DNA of 64,000 bases. It comes from Malacoraja senta. Its lineage: Eukaryota. The stretch covers positions 10,914,001 to 10,978,000 of the forward strand of contig CM075990.1 in NCBI GenBank assembly GCA_038087875.1, read 5' to 3'. Made by a program: the position numbers and the translations under genes. This document shows, piece by piece, positions 1 through 13,899 of this stretch (the first letter of the stretch is position 1; every line of letters begins with the position of its first letter). The notes below the pieces were generated by a model. That model did no database searches, was not told the origin of the DNA, and saw nothing but the letters and a program-made list of their open reading frames with translations.

Positions 1-193
1 GAGGCGACCAGAACTGCGCACAGTATTCCAAGTGTAGCCTAACTATTGATTTGTAAACTTGCAAAATAACTTCTCTTGCTCTTATATTCTGTGCCCCAGT
101 TTCTGAAGTTAAGAATGCCATATACGGTCTTCATCACCAGATGGTCTACATGGCCATTTTCAGGGACCCAAGGATATGAACCTCTCGGTCTCT

Positions 194-418
194 TAGTTTA
201 GTTTAGAGATACATCGCAGAAACAGGCCCTTCAGCACACCAGGTCCAGCGACCCCCGCACATTAACACTATCCTACACCCACTGGGGACAATTTTTACAT
301 TTACACCAAGCCAATTAACCTATAAACCTGTACGCCTTTTGGAGTGTGGGAGGAAACCAAAGATCTCGGAGAAAACCCACACAGGTCACGGGGAGAACGT
401 ACAAACTCCGTACAGACA
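194..418 (-). mobile_element. HE1-type (V-SINE) elasmobranch SINE, 5'-truncated
   Basis: (CTAAA)n tail, LINE-derived 3' end and central V-domain shared with four other copies in the window. Confidence 0.8.
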
Positions 419-2007
419 TACCTCTGTTCATAAATATTCCTAAATTTGTTCCTATTTACGATATATATTTTATCTCAATGTGACTTAGCAAAATGTATAT
501 TCTAAGAATCTTTGTACTCAAACGCTCAAATTATTAGGCCAGACAACATGCTCCTTCAAGGAAAGCCCTGCAACTTTGAACATAAACATCAAAGTCTCAC
601 CTGTATGGATTTCTCAAGCGAATAAATGAAAACCAAATGCATGTGTAAGGAGGGTATGGATTTACAAACAATAATGATTTTAGATTCTTTGAGGTATTAA
701 GCTCGCTATTTCAAGAATGCAGATCAAATTCATGGTATGGAGCAGCAAATTTGGTGACTTTTCTTAGAATGCATTTGCTTCCAACATTGTGATTTCTCTC
801 AAGTGCATGTGGCCAAGAAACACATAGTTTAAATTAAACAAATCTTCCGACTCTAATAATATTCATGGGCAACATTGTTGGGAAGGATTGCCAGCTAAGA
901 CTGCACTAAATCATCAATACGCCATATTTCTTGTAAATATTAGTGCACAGTTTATTAAAGAAACTAATTTCTGCATGGAACAAATTGATTTGTACAACAA
1001 TGTTAATGAAATCTTTCAGATGAAAAATTGCCTGCTATACAATTTTCATAAGCAAAATGTGTGCACTGCAATAACAACCAAAAACATCTGGTCTGGTCAT
1101 GGGTAGGAAAGCTGCTATTTTCATGGTCAATTTGCCAGTAAGCAAATGGATTTACAGTGCATGACATGAAGACAAGTGGAGTGACCTGGAAAACTGAATT
1201 TCAATAGACTACAATTCGGATTTACAAGTTGGACATGACATAATTATTTCCTATCTTTTGTCATATGAAGCAGCCAAGTCCCATTTGGTTGGAAAAGGTC
1301 AACGATGTGAAACTAAAGATAGTATAGTTCCACACGCAAAGTCCGGAGTATGACGGTTTAAGGCTCTTAAATCTAACTACAATACAAAACCAGTTTCCCA
1401 GGATATATTCTGAATTTGTCATAAATAAGAGAAATTGTCTGCAGTTTTCACATCTCCATCATTTAATCATTCTATCCTAAACAGAATGAAGTACACAATT
1501 TAATTTCAACCTTCATGGAAAACTAATACATCTGCACAGACGAGTTGAAATTTCAAATGTTTGTCGGGAAACAACAGTTGCAGCTGGGTTAATTCTTATA
1601 TTTTAAATCTCCAATTGAGAGATTTAGAAAACAAAGGGCATACTGAGGAACAAAAACATAAATAGAAGTAGAATATTTTTCCCCTCATGGTCTTCCACCA
1701 TTCATTAAAATCCTGAATTATCTTTTAACAATGTTACTTTTTCAGTATCCTTGAATTAATTTAGTATGTAAAAATCTCTTGCCTCTGCCTTGAAAACATT
1801 CAGCAATTGTGTCTCTACCTCAACCAAGGGTAAGAATTCCCTATGTGTGAAGATCTTTCTTCTTATCTCGTCTAAATGGTCAACTCCTTTTGAGAATGTG
1901 ACCCTTGATTAGACAAACCCAAGGGCTTAAAAATGATTCAGGTCAGAACCCTTCAGTCGTTTGACCATTTCCCTCCTTTGTCTGGCCTGTTAAGATCCTC
2001 CAGCAAA

Positions 2008-2240
2008 AAAGACACCAAGTGCTGGAGTAACTCAGCAGGTCAGGCAGCATCTCTGGAGAACATGGGTAGGTGGCGTTTCAGGTCAGGACATTTCTTCAGA
2101 CTGATGGGGGGGGGGGGGGTAAGAAAGCTGGGAAAGAGGAGGCAGAACAAAGCATGGTAGGTAATCGGTGGACACAGGCAAAGGTTTTCTTTTGATAGGC
2201 AGATGGTTGGAACAAAGGTCAAAAATTAAAGCAGGAGATG
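2008..2240 (-). mobile_element. Penelope 3' terminal fragment
   Basis: GCTGGAGTAACTCAGC...CTTCAGACTGA family sequence. Confidence 0.75.
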
Positions 2241-3498
2241 AGAGGCCGATAGAAGAGTTGCAAGCTTCCTGCAGCTTGTTTCTCTCTTAACAGTGTTATT
2301 TAGTTTAATTATTTCCTTTTTTCCCCCAAAAAAGATTTGAGAATGTTTAGGCCTTCTTATGACAACATCAAGGATCAATCTGGTACATATGTACATCTTT
2401 CCTTGGGTATGGAAGACTTAGGTAGATATTAGCATAAATTCACAAATACAGTCTCACCACAGCACTGCAGGCATGGAGCAAGACATCTTGATTAGTGCTC
2501 TCAAAACCTCTTCCAGTAAAGGCCAACATACCATTTGTCTTGCAAACTATTTACCTACTTGTGTAGCTTCATGGAAAAGATGGGCATACGGCAGTGAATC
2601 ACATATCAATCTAGTCTGGGACAAAAATAACATTATCTGGATTGCTTACAATTATATATTATCCTGGTTATTAGTACTGATGAAAGAGCAATTCAAGTAG
2701 GCATCTGTTAGAAAATAGCATTAATCAAATCATAGTTTGTACATATTGTGACCAGCTGAGGAAGAGGCCCAATATTTCTCTTGCAGAAGGGGAATAATTT
2801 TCTGCCAAAGATATGAGACATTCTTGCAGTGAGGAAACATGCAAGTCGGTGCCATATATTTCTCCAACCCTGTTGCATGGCAGCAATCCTATTAATAACT
2901 CTGTAAATCCACAACTTAAGCAGTATTCCTCCAGATTTTAAACAAGAAAGATGGGGAACACGATTCAGACTCACTTTGAAAGAAAATACTTTCGAGATCT
3001 GTGGTGCGAAAGATACAAGGCAAAAACAAATTAAAGAGTTATGACCTGGAAACCTATGCAAGTAAAAACTCAAAATGAATAACATTCAAAGGAGTGGAAG
3101 CACTCAGTAAAGATTCTACAGTGGGCAATCCAATATATTACATTTTAACCTATGGGAAAGGCAAATATGCATTGCATAAATTGCATCATGGATCATTGAA
3201 GACATCTCTGGCAATTCATTCATCGGTAAAGCAAAAAGCCAGATTTGCAGAGATGCTAGGACAAAAGATATCCATATTGTATATGATCAATCAATCCCCT
3301 CACTCCACCCCATCAACGTATTTTCCTCGCCTCCATCCACTCATTTTCCACCCCGCCCAACACAAGGGCACAATTTTTCTTCCTCTCTTTTCCCCACAAT
3401 CCCTTGTAACCACTCCATTTCTCTGGTTCCCCATTTCAGATTCCACCATCTGAGCTCTTTAGTCTCCTCCATTTAATACCTCCAGCCTTGATTACTAT

Positions 3499-4590
3499 AG
3501 AAACACAGAAAAATAGGTGCAGGAGTAGACCATTCGTCCCTTCGAGCCAGCAATATGATCGTCTAAAATCAGTACCCCGTTCCTGCTTTCCCCCCCATAT
3601 CCCTTGATTCCTTTAGCCCCAAAGCTAAATCTAACTCCCTCTTAAAAAGATCTAGTGAATTGTCCTCCACTGCCTTCTCTGGCAGAGAATTCCACAGATT
3701 CACAACTTTCTGGATGAATTTTTTTTCCTCATTTCAATCTTAAATGGCCTACCCCTTATTCATAAACTGTGACCCCAGGTTCTGGACTCCCCCAACATCA
3801 AGAACATTTTTCCTGCATCTAGCCTGTCCAATCCTTTAAAAATTGGATATGTTTCTAGAAGATCCCCTCTCATCCTTCTAAATTCCAATGAATACAAGCC
3901 CATTCTTTCATCACATCAGTCCCACCATCCCAGGACTAAACCTGGTTATCGCTGAGTTACTCCAGCATTTTGTGTCTACCTACCATTCAAATAATAATCT
4001 GCCTTCCTGTTCTTGCCACCAAAGTGGATAACCTCACATTTATCCACATTATACTACATCTGCCATGCATCTGCCCACTCACCCAACCTATCCAAGTCAC
4101 CCTGCAGCCTCATAGCATTCTCATCGCAGCTCACACTGCCACCCAGCTTTGTGTCATCAGCAAACTTGGGGAAGTCACATTTAATTCCCTTGCCTAAATC
4201 GTTAATATATAGTGTAAATAAATAATTGGGGTCCCAGCACTGAGACTTGTGGCACCACACTCGTCACTGCCTGCCATTCTGGAAAGGACCCGTTAATTGA
4301 AAGGGCCCTCTTTGCTTCCTGTCTGCCAGCCAGTTCTCTATCCATGTCAATACCCTACCCCCAATACCATGTGTTCTAATTTTGCACACTAATCTCTTGT
4401 GTTGGATCTTGTCAAAGCTTTTTGAAAGTCCAGATACACTGGCCCTCCCTTGTCCAATCTACTTGTCACATCCTCAGAAAATTCCAGAAGATTAGTCAAG
4501 CATGATTTCCCCTTCATAAATCCATGCTGACTTTGACCGATCCTGTCACTGCTTTCCAAATGTGCTGCTATAACATCTTTAATAATCGCC
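3499..4590 (-). mobile_element. CR1-type LINE RT fragment with 3' tail, internally deleted
   Basis: ORF 4054-4260 LFTLYINDL...KFADDTKLGG...LQGDLDRLGEWADAWQM carries the CR1 FADD motif. A short Penelope terminal fragment sits at the deletion (~3950-3980). Confidence 0.88.
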
Positions 4591-6017
4591 TCATTCCACT
4601 ATCTGCACCCTTCTCTCGCTTACCTGCCTCTTCGGACAGTCAACCACTCCGCACTTAGATCCAGCTTTCACTTGCTAGCTCTTGCAACTTTCCACCAGCT
4701 CTCCCTTCTACTCCATCATCTGAAGAAAGATCCCGACCCAAAATGTCATTTGTCCATTTCCCTTCGTAGATGCTGCCTGAGCTGCTGAGTTCATGGAGTC
4801 GATTTTTACAGTAGATTCCAGAATCTGTAGTCTCATGTCTCCATGATCAATCGAGGGTCTTTGTGGTTTTTCACAAGTGTTACTCAATTGAGTTTTACCT
4901 TTCCATCCTTCATTTCAGAATGGTAGCATCCATAACGTTAATTTTGTTGCTATATCCATAAATTAAAAAGTAGTGCATGGGATGAAATCAAAAGTTAGTT
5001 TAATAATTCATTTCAGCTACATTTTTAGCTATGTTTTTCCATAAATTCTCATTGAAACAAAAATAGCTGAAAACTAATATATAACTAGAATCAAAACTGG
5101 TGAAAGAAACAAGATCAATCCCTAACAGGGATTTACTAAACATTCCAATTGTTGAATGACTATTCAAGTGAAGGGGGTCTGGCGGAATCAAAGATATGTA
5201 CCTCGAAAAAAACCGAATAAAATCAGTCTTATTTTTATATAAATGGCAGAAGCTAACCTGTAATGTTTTAATTCCCCAAAATGTTTCCAAAAATACTTTT
5301 AAATATTTGTGCCACACCAGCACCTCATAAAAAGATTGATGATCTGTGACCAAGTGTTAAATAAACTTTAACCTACAATGCCAAACATTTCCTATAAACC
5401 AATATACCACTGGCAACTGTGGAACAAATTTTGGCTGAATAAATTAAACTATGATATAATGTAAAATCTCTGCAAATAGCTCAATAACCAACATATCAAC
5501 TTGCAAATTATTTATACAGATTTGTATGACAGATTAATCCAAAAAAATACTAATTTGGAACTTTGACATTTTTGCAATTGATTTGATCATGATATGGCAA
5601 ATTGAAGAATTTGTATAACCGGCAATGATCACTAGTAGTGTTACAGGTACTTCACTTGGTACTGCAGCAGTTAATTCAAATATATATTAAACTGCCACTT
5701 TCTAAAAAGTCTGTTCAAATCCATGAACATGATATTGCCCATCCCATGCCTTTTCTGACTTCTGTTCTTGGCCTCTTATGTTGCTCTGTTGAAGACCAAA
5801 GGGGGGTACATTTTACACAAAGGCATTTTAACATGCTTTCATTGGCCATACTTGATATTGCACAATGCCATTTATTTCCAATATTTAGACTCCAATCATT
5901 TTTTCCCACTTTGGATAAAGAAATTCCTCAATTAATTTGTTATTCAAGGTCCCTAACCCTGGTCTCCATCTGAAGGAAACATTTCTCATCTTAACCTATA
6001 AAATTATTTCATAATCT

Positions 6018-6330
6018 TTAGACTTTAGAGATACAGTGTAGAAACAGCTGTATCTCTACAGTCTGAAGAATTTCAGCCCACCAAGTTTGCGCCGACCAGC
6101 AATCACTCCGTACACTAGCACTATCGTACACACTGACTAGGGCCAATTTTTACAATTCACAGAAGCCAATTAACCTACAAATCTGTTCATCTTTGGAGGA
6201 TACCTAGAGAAAACCCACAAGATAAACAGGGAAAACGTACAAACTCTGTACAGACAGCACCCGCTGTCAGGGTCAAACACTAGTTTCTGACACTGTCAGG
6301 CAGCAACTCTACCACCGTGCCACTGTGCTA
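6018..6330 (-). mobile_element. HE1-type SINE, near full length
   Basis: tRNA-like head on minus strand (GCACAGTGGCACGGTGGTAGAGTTGCTGCC) plus V-domain and tail. Confidence 0.8.
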
Positions 6331-7440
6331 CTTGATTTTATATAGATACCAGTTATGCCATCTCTCAGCATTCACTTGACTTTCCTTAGCAAATCCTTTT
6401 TTTTAATAACAATTTTTCTTGCAAATACTTTGAAAGAATGTTTGGCGGAAACAGCTGCAATGAAGAACATGTCGCTTGCTCTAGCTGATTAGCACAGTGG
6501 TATCCTGGGAAACTGGGTGTATTACACATGCACACACTGCACAATCTTTTCAGCTCACAGCAGCATGGCTGTGGATGAAAATATCAAATCCAAGGGCTAG
6601 GCTTTGGAATAGGCTAAGAACTTGAAGTGAAAACTTTAATGAAGGCATTTGGAAACACAAAAGACAATTCAGGTTTAATCATATCCCATGGTGCAGATTT
6701 CTGAAGTGATTTGTTCAACACATCTCAACTGAATTATAACCTGTCCAAGTAGAAAGATTGACTGACAGCATACCATTAATACAGTTGACAGCAGCAAATT
6801 ATTGATCTCAAAGTTACAGAAATTACTGAAAAATCTGGTAATGTCTACTCTGCACTCATCTTGACTATTTAACTCGTGCTCTAGACAGAATAAGTCAAAT
6901 TCTCTTTTTAATATAGGCTTTTAAGATTTTAAAAAAGAAAATTGTTTTTACTGCTTGAAATTCCAAACAATTTGTGTTAGTTGAGGGATGAAATTCCCCC
7001 ACATACATTCAGTTCTCAGAAAGTTCAACCATTTGTATGAACTCTGCAGTCATACTTTCAGACCATGATAGGAATATGACTATATTCCAACTATTTCTAA
7101 CTGCAATCAGTTTCATTATTTCCCATGTACTTTCTCCTCTCTAACAAGTCTACAGAGAGTGCAGAGAGCACTTTTTTTTTTTTTTTTTAACACCAACAGA
7201 AGGTTTTACACCAGTATGGATGATGGATCAACTCAGAAATACTTCAAGATTGTTGACTTATTGGCATGTTTTGTGTCATCCAAGCTGAAGATTCGTTGTT
7301 GTTTGTGATTTATTGGTGGTGGATCAATGGTGAATTTGGGCAAGATGTGGGCAATAAACAATAATTAAAGGAGCATAGAAATATTAAAAATGCACATTCG
7401 GAATCAAAGGACGTACCTTTAGAAAGGAGATGAGGAGGCT

Positions 7441-7538
7441 GCTGATAAAGGGTTTCGGCCTGAAATGTTGCCTTTTTCCTTTGCTCCATAGATGCTGCTG
7501 CACCCGCTGAGTTTCTCCAGCATTTTTGTCTACCTTCA
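7441..7538 (+). mobile_element. Penelope terminal-repeat copy
   Basis: Near-identical to 13755-13847. Confidence 0.8.
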
Positions 7539-7664
7539 ACTCAACTAACACCAGTCAACCATTACAAAAGATTTGCCTCCATTTCCAATGCATTTTTGAA
7601 AACTTAAACTGGACGTCATTTCACGCCGAACAATACAGGTCTATCACAATTCATGATATAGTAT

Positions 7665-7975
7665 ATTTCAAAGTTTATTTTACTGTTGTCATGTGTACCG
7701 AAGTACAGTAAACATCTTTTTTGGTCCATGCTATCCAGTCAGCGAAAAGACTATACATGATTCCAATCAAGCCGTCCACGGTATACAAATACAGGATAAA
7801 GTGTACAACGTTTAGTGCAAGATAAAGTCCAGTAAAGTCCAATTAAAAGGAGTTCGAATGTCTCCAATGGGGTAGATGGGGAATCAGAATTGCTCTCTAA
7901 TTGGTGAGAGGATGGTTCAGTTGCCCGATAACAGCTGAGAAGAACAGCTCCCTGAATCTGGAGGTATGATTTTCT
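7665..7975 (-). mobile_element. Rex1/Babar-like LINE 3' fragment
   Basis: Homologous to 24740-25035; SRFRELFFSAVIGQLN. Confidence 0.75.
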
Positions 7976-8011
7976 TCTGCAGAAACACAAGGAACTTCTG
8001 TACCTCTTGTG

Positions 8012-8141
8012 TTTAAGAAGGAACTGCAGATGCTGGAAAATCGAAGGTACACAAAAATGCTGGAGAAACTCAGCGGGTGCAGCAGCATCTATGGAGCGAA
8101 GGTGATGGGCAACGTTTCGGGCCGAAACCCTTCTTCAGACT
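8012..8141 (-). mobile_element. Penelope terminal-repeat copy
   Basis: Near-identical to 35644-35769. Confidence 0.85.
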
Positions 8142-8212
8142 CTGATCTGAGAATTAAACTGCAGTACAAGTAATGCAAAGAAACATAGAAAACTGCAGTA
8201 CAAGTAATGCAA

Positions 8213-10040
8213 AGAAACATAGCAAGAGTTGGTCATTCAGCCCTTCGAGCCAGCACCACCATTCAATATGATCATGGCTGATCATCCAAAATCAGCTTGT
8301 TCATGCCCCACCGAATTAATTTCCACATACCTGGACTCCATCCTATCCCCTCTGGTCCAATCTCTCCCTATGTCCAAGACACCTCACACGCTCTTCGTCT
8401 CCTCAATGACTTCCGTTTTCCAGGGCTCCACTCCCTCATTTTTTACTATGGATGTCCAGTCACTCAACACCTCCATCCCCCACCAGGAGGGTCTTAAAGC
8501 CCTCCGTTTCTTACTCGACTGCAGAACCAGCCAATTTCCGTCCACCAATACTCTCCTCCGCCTAGCAGAGCTGGTTCTTACCCTCAACAACTTCTCCTTT
8601 CACTCCTCCCACTTCCTCCAGATCCAAGGCATAGCTATGGGCACTCGCACGGTCCCTAGCTATGCCTGTCTCTTTGTTGGGTACGTCAAACAATCCCTGT
8701 TCCAGGCGTACACTGGCCCTATCCCCGAACTCTACCTCCGCTACATTGACGACTGCATTGCTGCTACCTCCTGCACCCATGCAGAACTCATTGACTTCAA
8801 CAAATTCATCACTAATTTCCATCCTGCACTCAAATTCACTTGGACCATCTCCCTACCGTTTCTAGATCTCACCGTCTCCATCACAGGAAACAAACTATTG
8901 ACCGACATCTATTACAAACCTGACTCCCATAGCTATCTTGACTACACTTCTTCCCGTAAAGACTATTCCCTACTTCCAATTCCTCCATCTACGCCGCATC
9001 TGTGCCCAGGATGAGGTGTTCCATACCAGGGCATCGGAGATGTCCTCATTCTTTAGGGAACGGAGGTTCCCCTCTTCCATTATAGATGAGGTTCTCACTA
9101 GGGTCTACTCGATATCCCGCAACTCCGCTCTTACTCCCCTTTCACCCCCCTTTCCCCCTCCCCCATTCGTAACAAGGACAGAGTCCCACTTGTCCTCACC
9201 TTCCACCCCATCAGCCGTCATATACAACATATAATCCTCCAACATTTTCACCACCTCCAATGGGATCCCACCAATGGCCACATCTTCCCATCGCCACCCC
9301 TTTCTGCTTTCCGCAGAGACCGTTCCCTCTGTAAGTCCCTGGTCAACTCGTCCCTTCCCACCCAAACCACCCCTTCCTCAGGAGATGCAATATCTGTCCC
9401 TTTACCTCCCCCATCGACTCCATCCAAGGACCGAAACAGTCTTTCCAAGTGAGGCAGAGGTTCACTTGCAGCTCCTCCAACCTCATCTACTGTATCCGCT
9501 GTTCCAGGTGTCAACTTCTCATCATCGGCGAGACCAAGCGCAGGCTCGACGATCGTTTCGCTGAACACCTCCGCTCAGTCTGCCTTAACCTATCTGATCT
9601 CCTGGTGGCCCAGTACTTCAACTTCCCCTCCCATTCCCAATCTGACCTATGTCCTGGGTCTCCTCCATTTTCAGAGAGGCTCAGCGCAAATTGAAGGAAC
9701 AGCACCTCATATTTCACTTGGGTAGTTTACACCCCAGCGTTATGAACATTGAATTCTCTAACCTCAGATAGCCCTTTCTTTCTCTCTCCTTCCCAGTTCT
9801 CCCACTAGTCTTACTGTCTCCGCCTACATTCTATCTTTGTCCCGCCCCCTCCCCAGATATCAGTCTGAAGAAGGGTCTCGACCCAAAACGTCGCCCATTC
9901 CTCTCCATAGATGCTGCCTGTCCCGCTGAGTTACTCCTGCATTTTGTGTCTACATCCAAAATCAGTACCCTGTTCCGGCTTTTTACCCATATCCCTTGAT
10001 TCCCTTAGCCTAAGAGCTAAATCTAACTCTCTCTTAAAAT
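8213..10040 (-). mobile_element. CR1-type LINE 3' end split by the Penelope insertion (pieces 8213-8295 and 9953-10040)
   Basis: GAAACATAG tail and 3'UTR sequence continue across the TSD and match the copy at 3500-3660. Confidence 0.8.
8296..9952 (+). mobile_element. 5'-truncated Penelope-like retroelement (RT, GIY-YIG endonuclease, 3' pseudo-LTR), frameshifted
   Basis: RT motifs FTMDVQSLNTSIP, QIQGIAMGT, YLRYIDD; GIY-YIG region CSSSNLIYCIRCSRCQLLIIGETKRRLDDRFAEH; terminal repeat 9860-9952; 13-bp TSD CATCCAAAATCAG at 8283-8295 and 9953-9965. Confidence 0.93.
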
Positions 10041-13000
10041 GCATTTGAATGTGGTGCTTTAAATTAGTTTTTATGCCCAATTCCTAAACAATCAAAAACA
10101 TGCTCCAACATTAATGTGTCTAACTACAGCTATGAAACAACAGGAGGAGTACACACCATTCATTACTCAATGAAATTCAATGACCATCATAATGATCACT
10201 GCCTCTGAAGTTCAAGAGTTTACTCTGTAAATGTTTTACACAATACTTCTGTCAACAAGTTTATAGTTTGGTGATTAATTACTTCCTGCTGAGATACTTA
10301 AATTATTCAGCACATATAAATGAACCATGCATTGAAAAAAGATTTACATCCTCCCTCACACCATGCGTAAGTTGATCTGCCAATACTCATTTAAACCACT
10401 ACTAACAACTCAGATTTATAGCCTGAAGCATTATTTCTTGGCCGCAGCTTATACATCTCTATTTTTATATGGATTAATTAAGTTAATTTTAGAAAGATTT
10501 TCACATTGGTCATCATTAAGGTGTGAAAATAAGAGGTGGTGATTTTACCAAGTAATTAAGTTGTTAAAACATACATATTTCATTTTGACTGCAACAACCC
10601 AAATATTTTGTAATGAAAACATACATTTTTATAGCTTTCTAAATAAGTTGTACTTCTTATGCCCTTAACTCAACAAAACATTTCACTGATGTAATATCAA
10701 TAACAATTGAGTGTGATGACATTTCACAGGCATTATTCAGGAAAAAAACTCTAGCACTGCCAAGCCAGGTGGTTTTGTGTTGGAGGGGGAGGGAGGAGGG
10801 AAATAATCAGAACACAAGATTTTGAATGTTTGAAGAGTGGAGTCATGGCTCAATTTAAGGAAGCCATTATACTTCACAGCCAGATTTTTCAAATATGTGT
10901 ACAGTATTTGATACTAAAGTTAGAGATGTTTAACTTGGTTTCAAACACTTCCCAAAAAGTCAACAGCAAATTCCTGATTTTATAAACGTTCACACGTAAA
11001 CACAATGTTATTTTCACTATTTAATCAAGCGGTCAAGAGTTGCTAATACTTTCAATTGACGTCGTTGGAAAAAGTTGGTAGACTTGGTAAAAGGGTAGTC
11101 ACTACCAATATGTTGGAGGCAAAGTGAGGCCCTTGTCAGCTGGAGAAACAGAAACTGCCCCAAAATAGTAGGGTCACTTTTCCAGTAAAATGCAGTCATT
11201 ATAGGAGAGCTACTTACAAACAATGTACTTCAAATGAATCTCAGGCACTTGTATCAATATGGTCACCAAACACGAATGACAGATTATCCAATAATCACCA
11301 CCTGATCAGTTATAGCATTGAAGCTACATCCAACTTTTTAAAGAAAGAAATAATTCTCAATGTATTGACAAGTCATACAGATCATACTCCATTTAAAAGT
11401 ATATGATAAATCTCACTCATCATTTCTCTTTCCTGACAAAAAATCTGAACCTCATTATTACACCTTTACTCAATGTAAAATATAGATCAAAGAAATAAAT
11501 AGCATTCTGCCTATCAAGTTGACTGAAGTGATAAGTAACATTTATTCCATGTACTATTCCTTACATTGAAATATTTGCTCAATTAATACACATGGTTATG
11601 CTGATGAAACCAGTTATAAGAGAGAGGAACTCATTTTTTTCTATATTCAATCTGCATGCAAATTTTTTATCCTCGAATGTTCTAAAAATTTTACTTTCTG
11701 ATAATGGAAATGCATTTCCAATAAGACATTTTAAAACAAAAGAATTTTAATTTCTAGATAAATAATTCTTGCACAAGTTGGGCTATTGCTTTAAAGCAGC
11801 AGTTAATGCCCCTGGAAAACACCACGCGCTCGGTCCGAAATCTTATCTGGCAATACTCAAAGAAAGTGTAAATGTAAACCCTGTCCAAAGCAAACAAAAT
11901 GGCCAGGCATAACCAACCTGGTTGCCGAGTTCATCCCCAATTGTGACAATTATATATGTGCCCTTGAACGTTCTTTTTACAAATAAAGGTCTATTTTGCA
12001 GCAACAATCAAAATAGTGAGAAATGTTTAAAATGACCAACTAACATCTGTTCTGGCAGGGAAAAAAAATCCATTAATTGCATTTTTCTCAATAAAAGATA
12101 TGTGCCTGTAAATTTAATTCAAACATGTAGGGGGAGGGAGAAAGGGGAGCCTGTTGCAGCTGTCACTCAAAATCCAACCTGCAACCGAGTCTTGTGGTTG
12201 TCTGGGATTCACTAAATGCTTGTATTTGTATGAATAAAAATGAGGGGATTTAGCAGCACTGTTCCTCCACAAAGCTATCAAACTTTGACCTTTGTAGCAA
12301 GAATTTTTTTATTTTTTTTTAAAACACATTTCACAAGAGCAGTGCCTACCTATTGTTTTATAGTACCATTGATATAGAATGAAAAGTGAAATTACTTAAG
12401 AAAAAAATCCCCTTGTTAAGTGGAGATTACATTTCTCTGGGAAATAATGTCAGCAGCTACATTGCAAAATTTTGGTAGGACAAAATACACCTAAAGAAAC
12501 CTGTTCAGAGAACAAACCAGTTGTTTTCTAACTTCAATGATTTCTCCCCCCCACTCCAAATCATCTGCAAGAGATTTTTCAATTGCGCACAGACTTGCCA
12601 ATTCCCTCACTGTATTGTCTTTGTAAAATATATAGTCCCTGAAGTGAAGGAAATTATTTTCAGAATATAGACAGCACTTCCTTTCCCAGAACAATCCATC
12701 TCTCAACTGGACAGACTGTCTACTATATTTACCCAACCGAATTTGCAGATGATATACTTCCAGCTGCACAATATACACATGTCCCTGTCAATCACTTGTT
12801 GGAGAAGACAGGGAATGGTATACTAGGAAATGACCCGGTAACTAAATTCATAACAAGGACAATTCTTCAAAATGACGTAACTGTAACTCTCCGAGCAAGA
12901 TCATGTGCTCCACAAGTACAATTTAAACGGATAAAACCCAATGTCAGTTCAATCAACAGAAATAAATTAAATCATTGCTGCAATGGATGTCCATTGCTAA

Positions 13001-13750
13001 CAGCAAAGTTCACAATTGAAATTAGTTTGTTTTAAACTGTAATCACGATGCTCAATGCACTAAGCAAAATAGAACAGAATTTAGATTGTACTATAGAACT
13101 ACTCAATGTGCAGTACTTGCCAGAAATATATTAAACTAAGGAACATATCTGCTTCTAAATGACCACACATTGCTTAATACTAGCTTAGTTTTTCCACTTA
13201 CAAAACATTTGATGTTAATGATCACAAAACCTTCCATTTGTATGCCCCCCCCCCCCTCAAAAAAAAAATTGGACAAACCTTTTGAAATTTCCTGGTGTGA
13301 GGCAATCCACTATGTCATTCAGTAGCATTACAGATTAACGGTGAAATTCTTGACTAATGGGCCACGCTATGAACGAAGCAGACTTTATTCACGACAAGGT
13401 GATAATATTGATAAGAAATCGAATGCCCTTTTCTTGTGCACTTTTCTTAGTTGCACAACCCTCCAGTGCGGCCTCTTGTTAAAAGTCTCTTTCCATCTTA
13501 TTGTATTACTGCTTCAATTTTATATAGCATACATCTTTAAAACTAAGCCTTGATCAGCCCAAGATTATTTTCCATACAAATGCATAACATACAAAAAAAC
13601 TTTAATATTGTTTGGGAGGATCTGTTTTTAATACATGTTTTAATAAGTCATATGGTTGAATGCAACACAAAGCATCTTAAAAGAAATTGATACAAAATTG
13701 GATTGGTGGTAGGAGGCAGAGATTGGGATTAGATGATCAGAGATTGGGAT

Positions 13751-13847
13751 CAGTCTGAAGAAGGGTTTCGGCCCGAAACGTTGCCTATCTCCTTCGCTCC
13801 ATAGATGCTGCTGCACCCGCTGAGTTTCTCCAGCATTTTTGTGTACC
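13751..13847 (+). mobile_element. Short Penelope terminal-repeat insertion
   Basis: 15-bp TSD TTGGGATTAGATGAT (13723-13737, 13848-13862); CTGAAGA...GAAACGTT motif intact. Confidence 0.85.
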
Positions 13848-13899
13848 TTGGGATTAGATGATTGCTTTTCACATTGGAGGTCTTTGAGCATCGAGTTAG

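Noticed and set aside
8229..9014. 261-aa RT ORF as an active or domesticated gene
   Set aside because: It starts in CR1 sequence, and the element is 5'-truncated and frameshifted.
11017..11223. Minus-strand ORF after a ctgtttctccag acceptor-like site, as GBF1 exon 4
   Set aside because: It does not resemble the expected ELSEIEPNVFLRPFLEVIRSEDTTGPITG. Exon 4 was not found and is probably left of the window.
12491..12778. 95-aa minus-strand ORF
   Set aside because: No recognisable homology or convincing splice sites.
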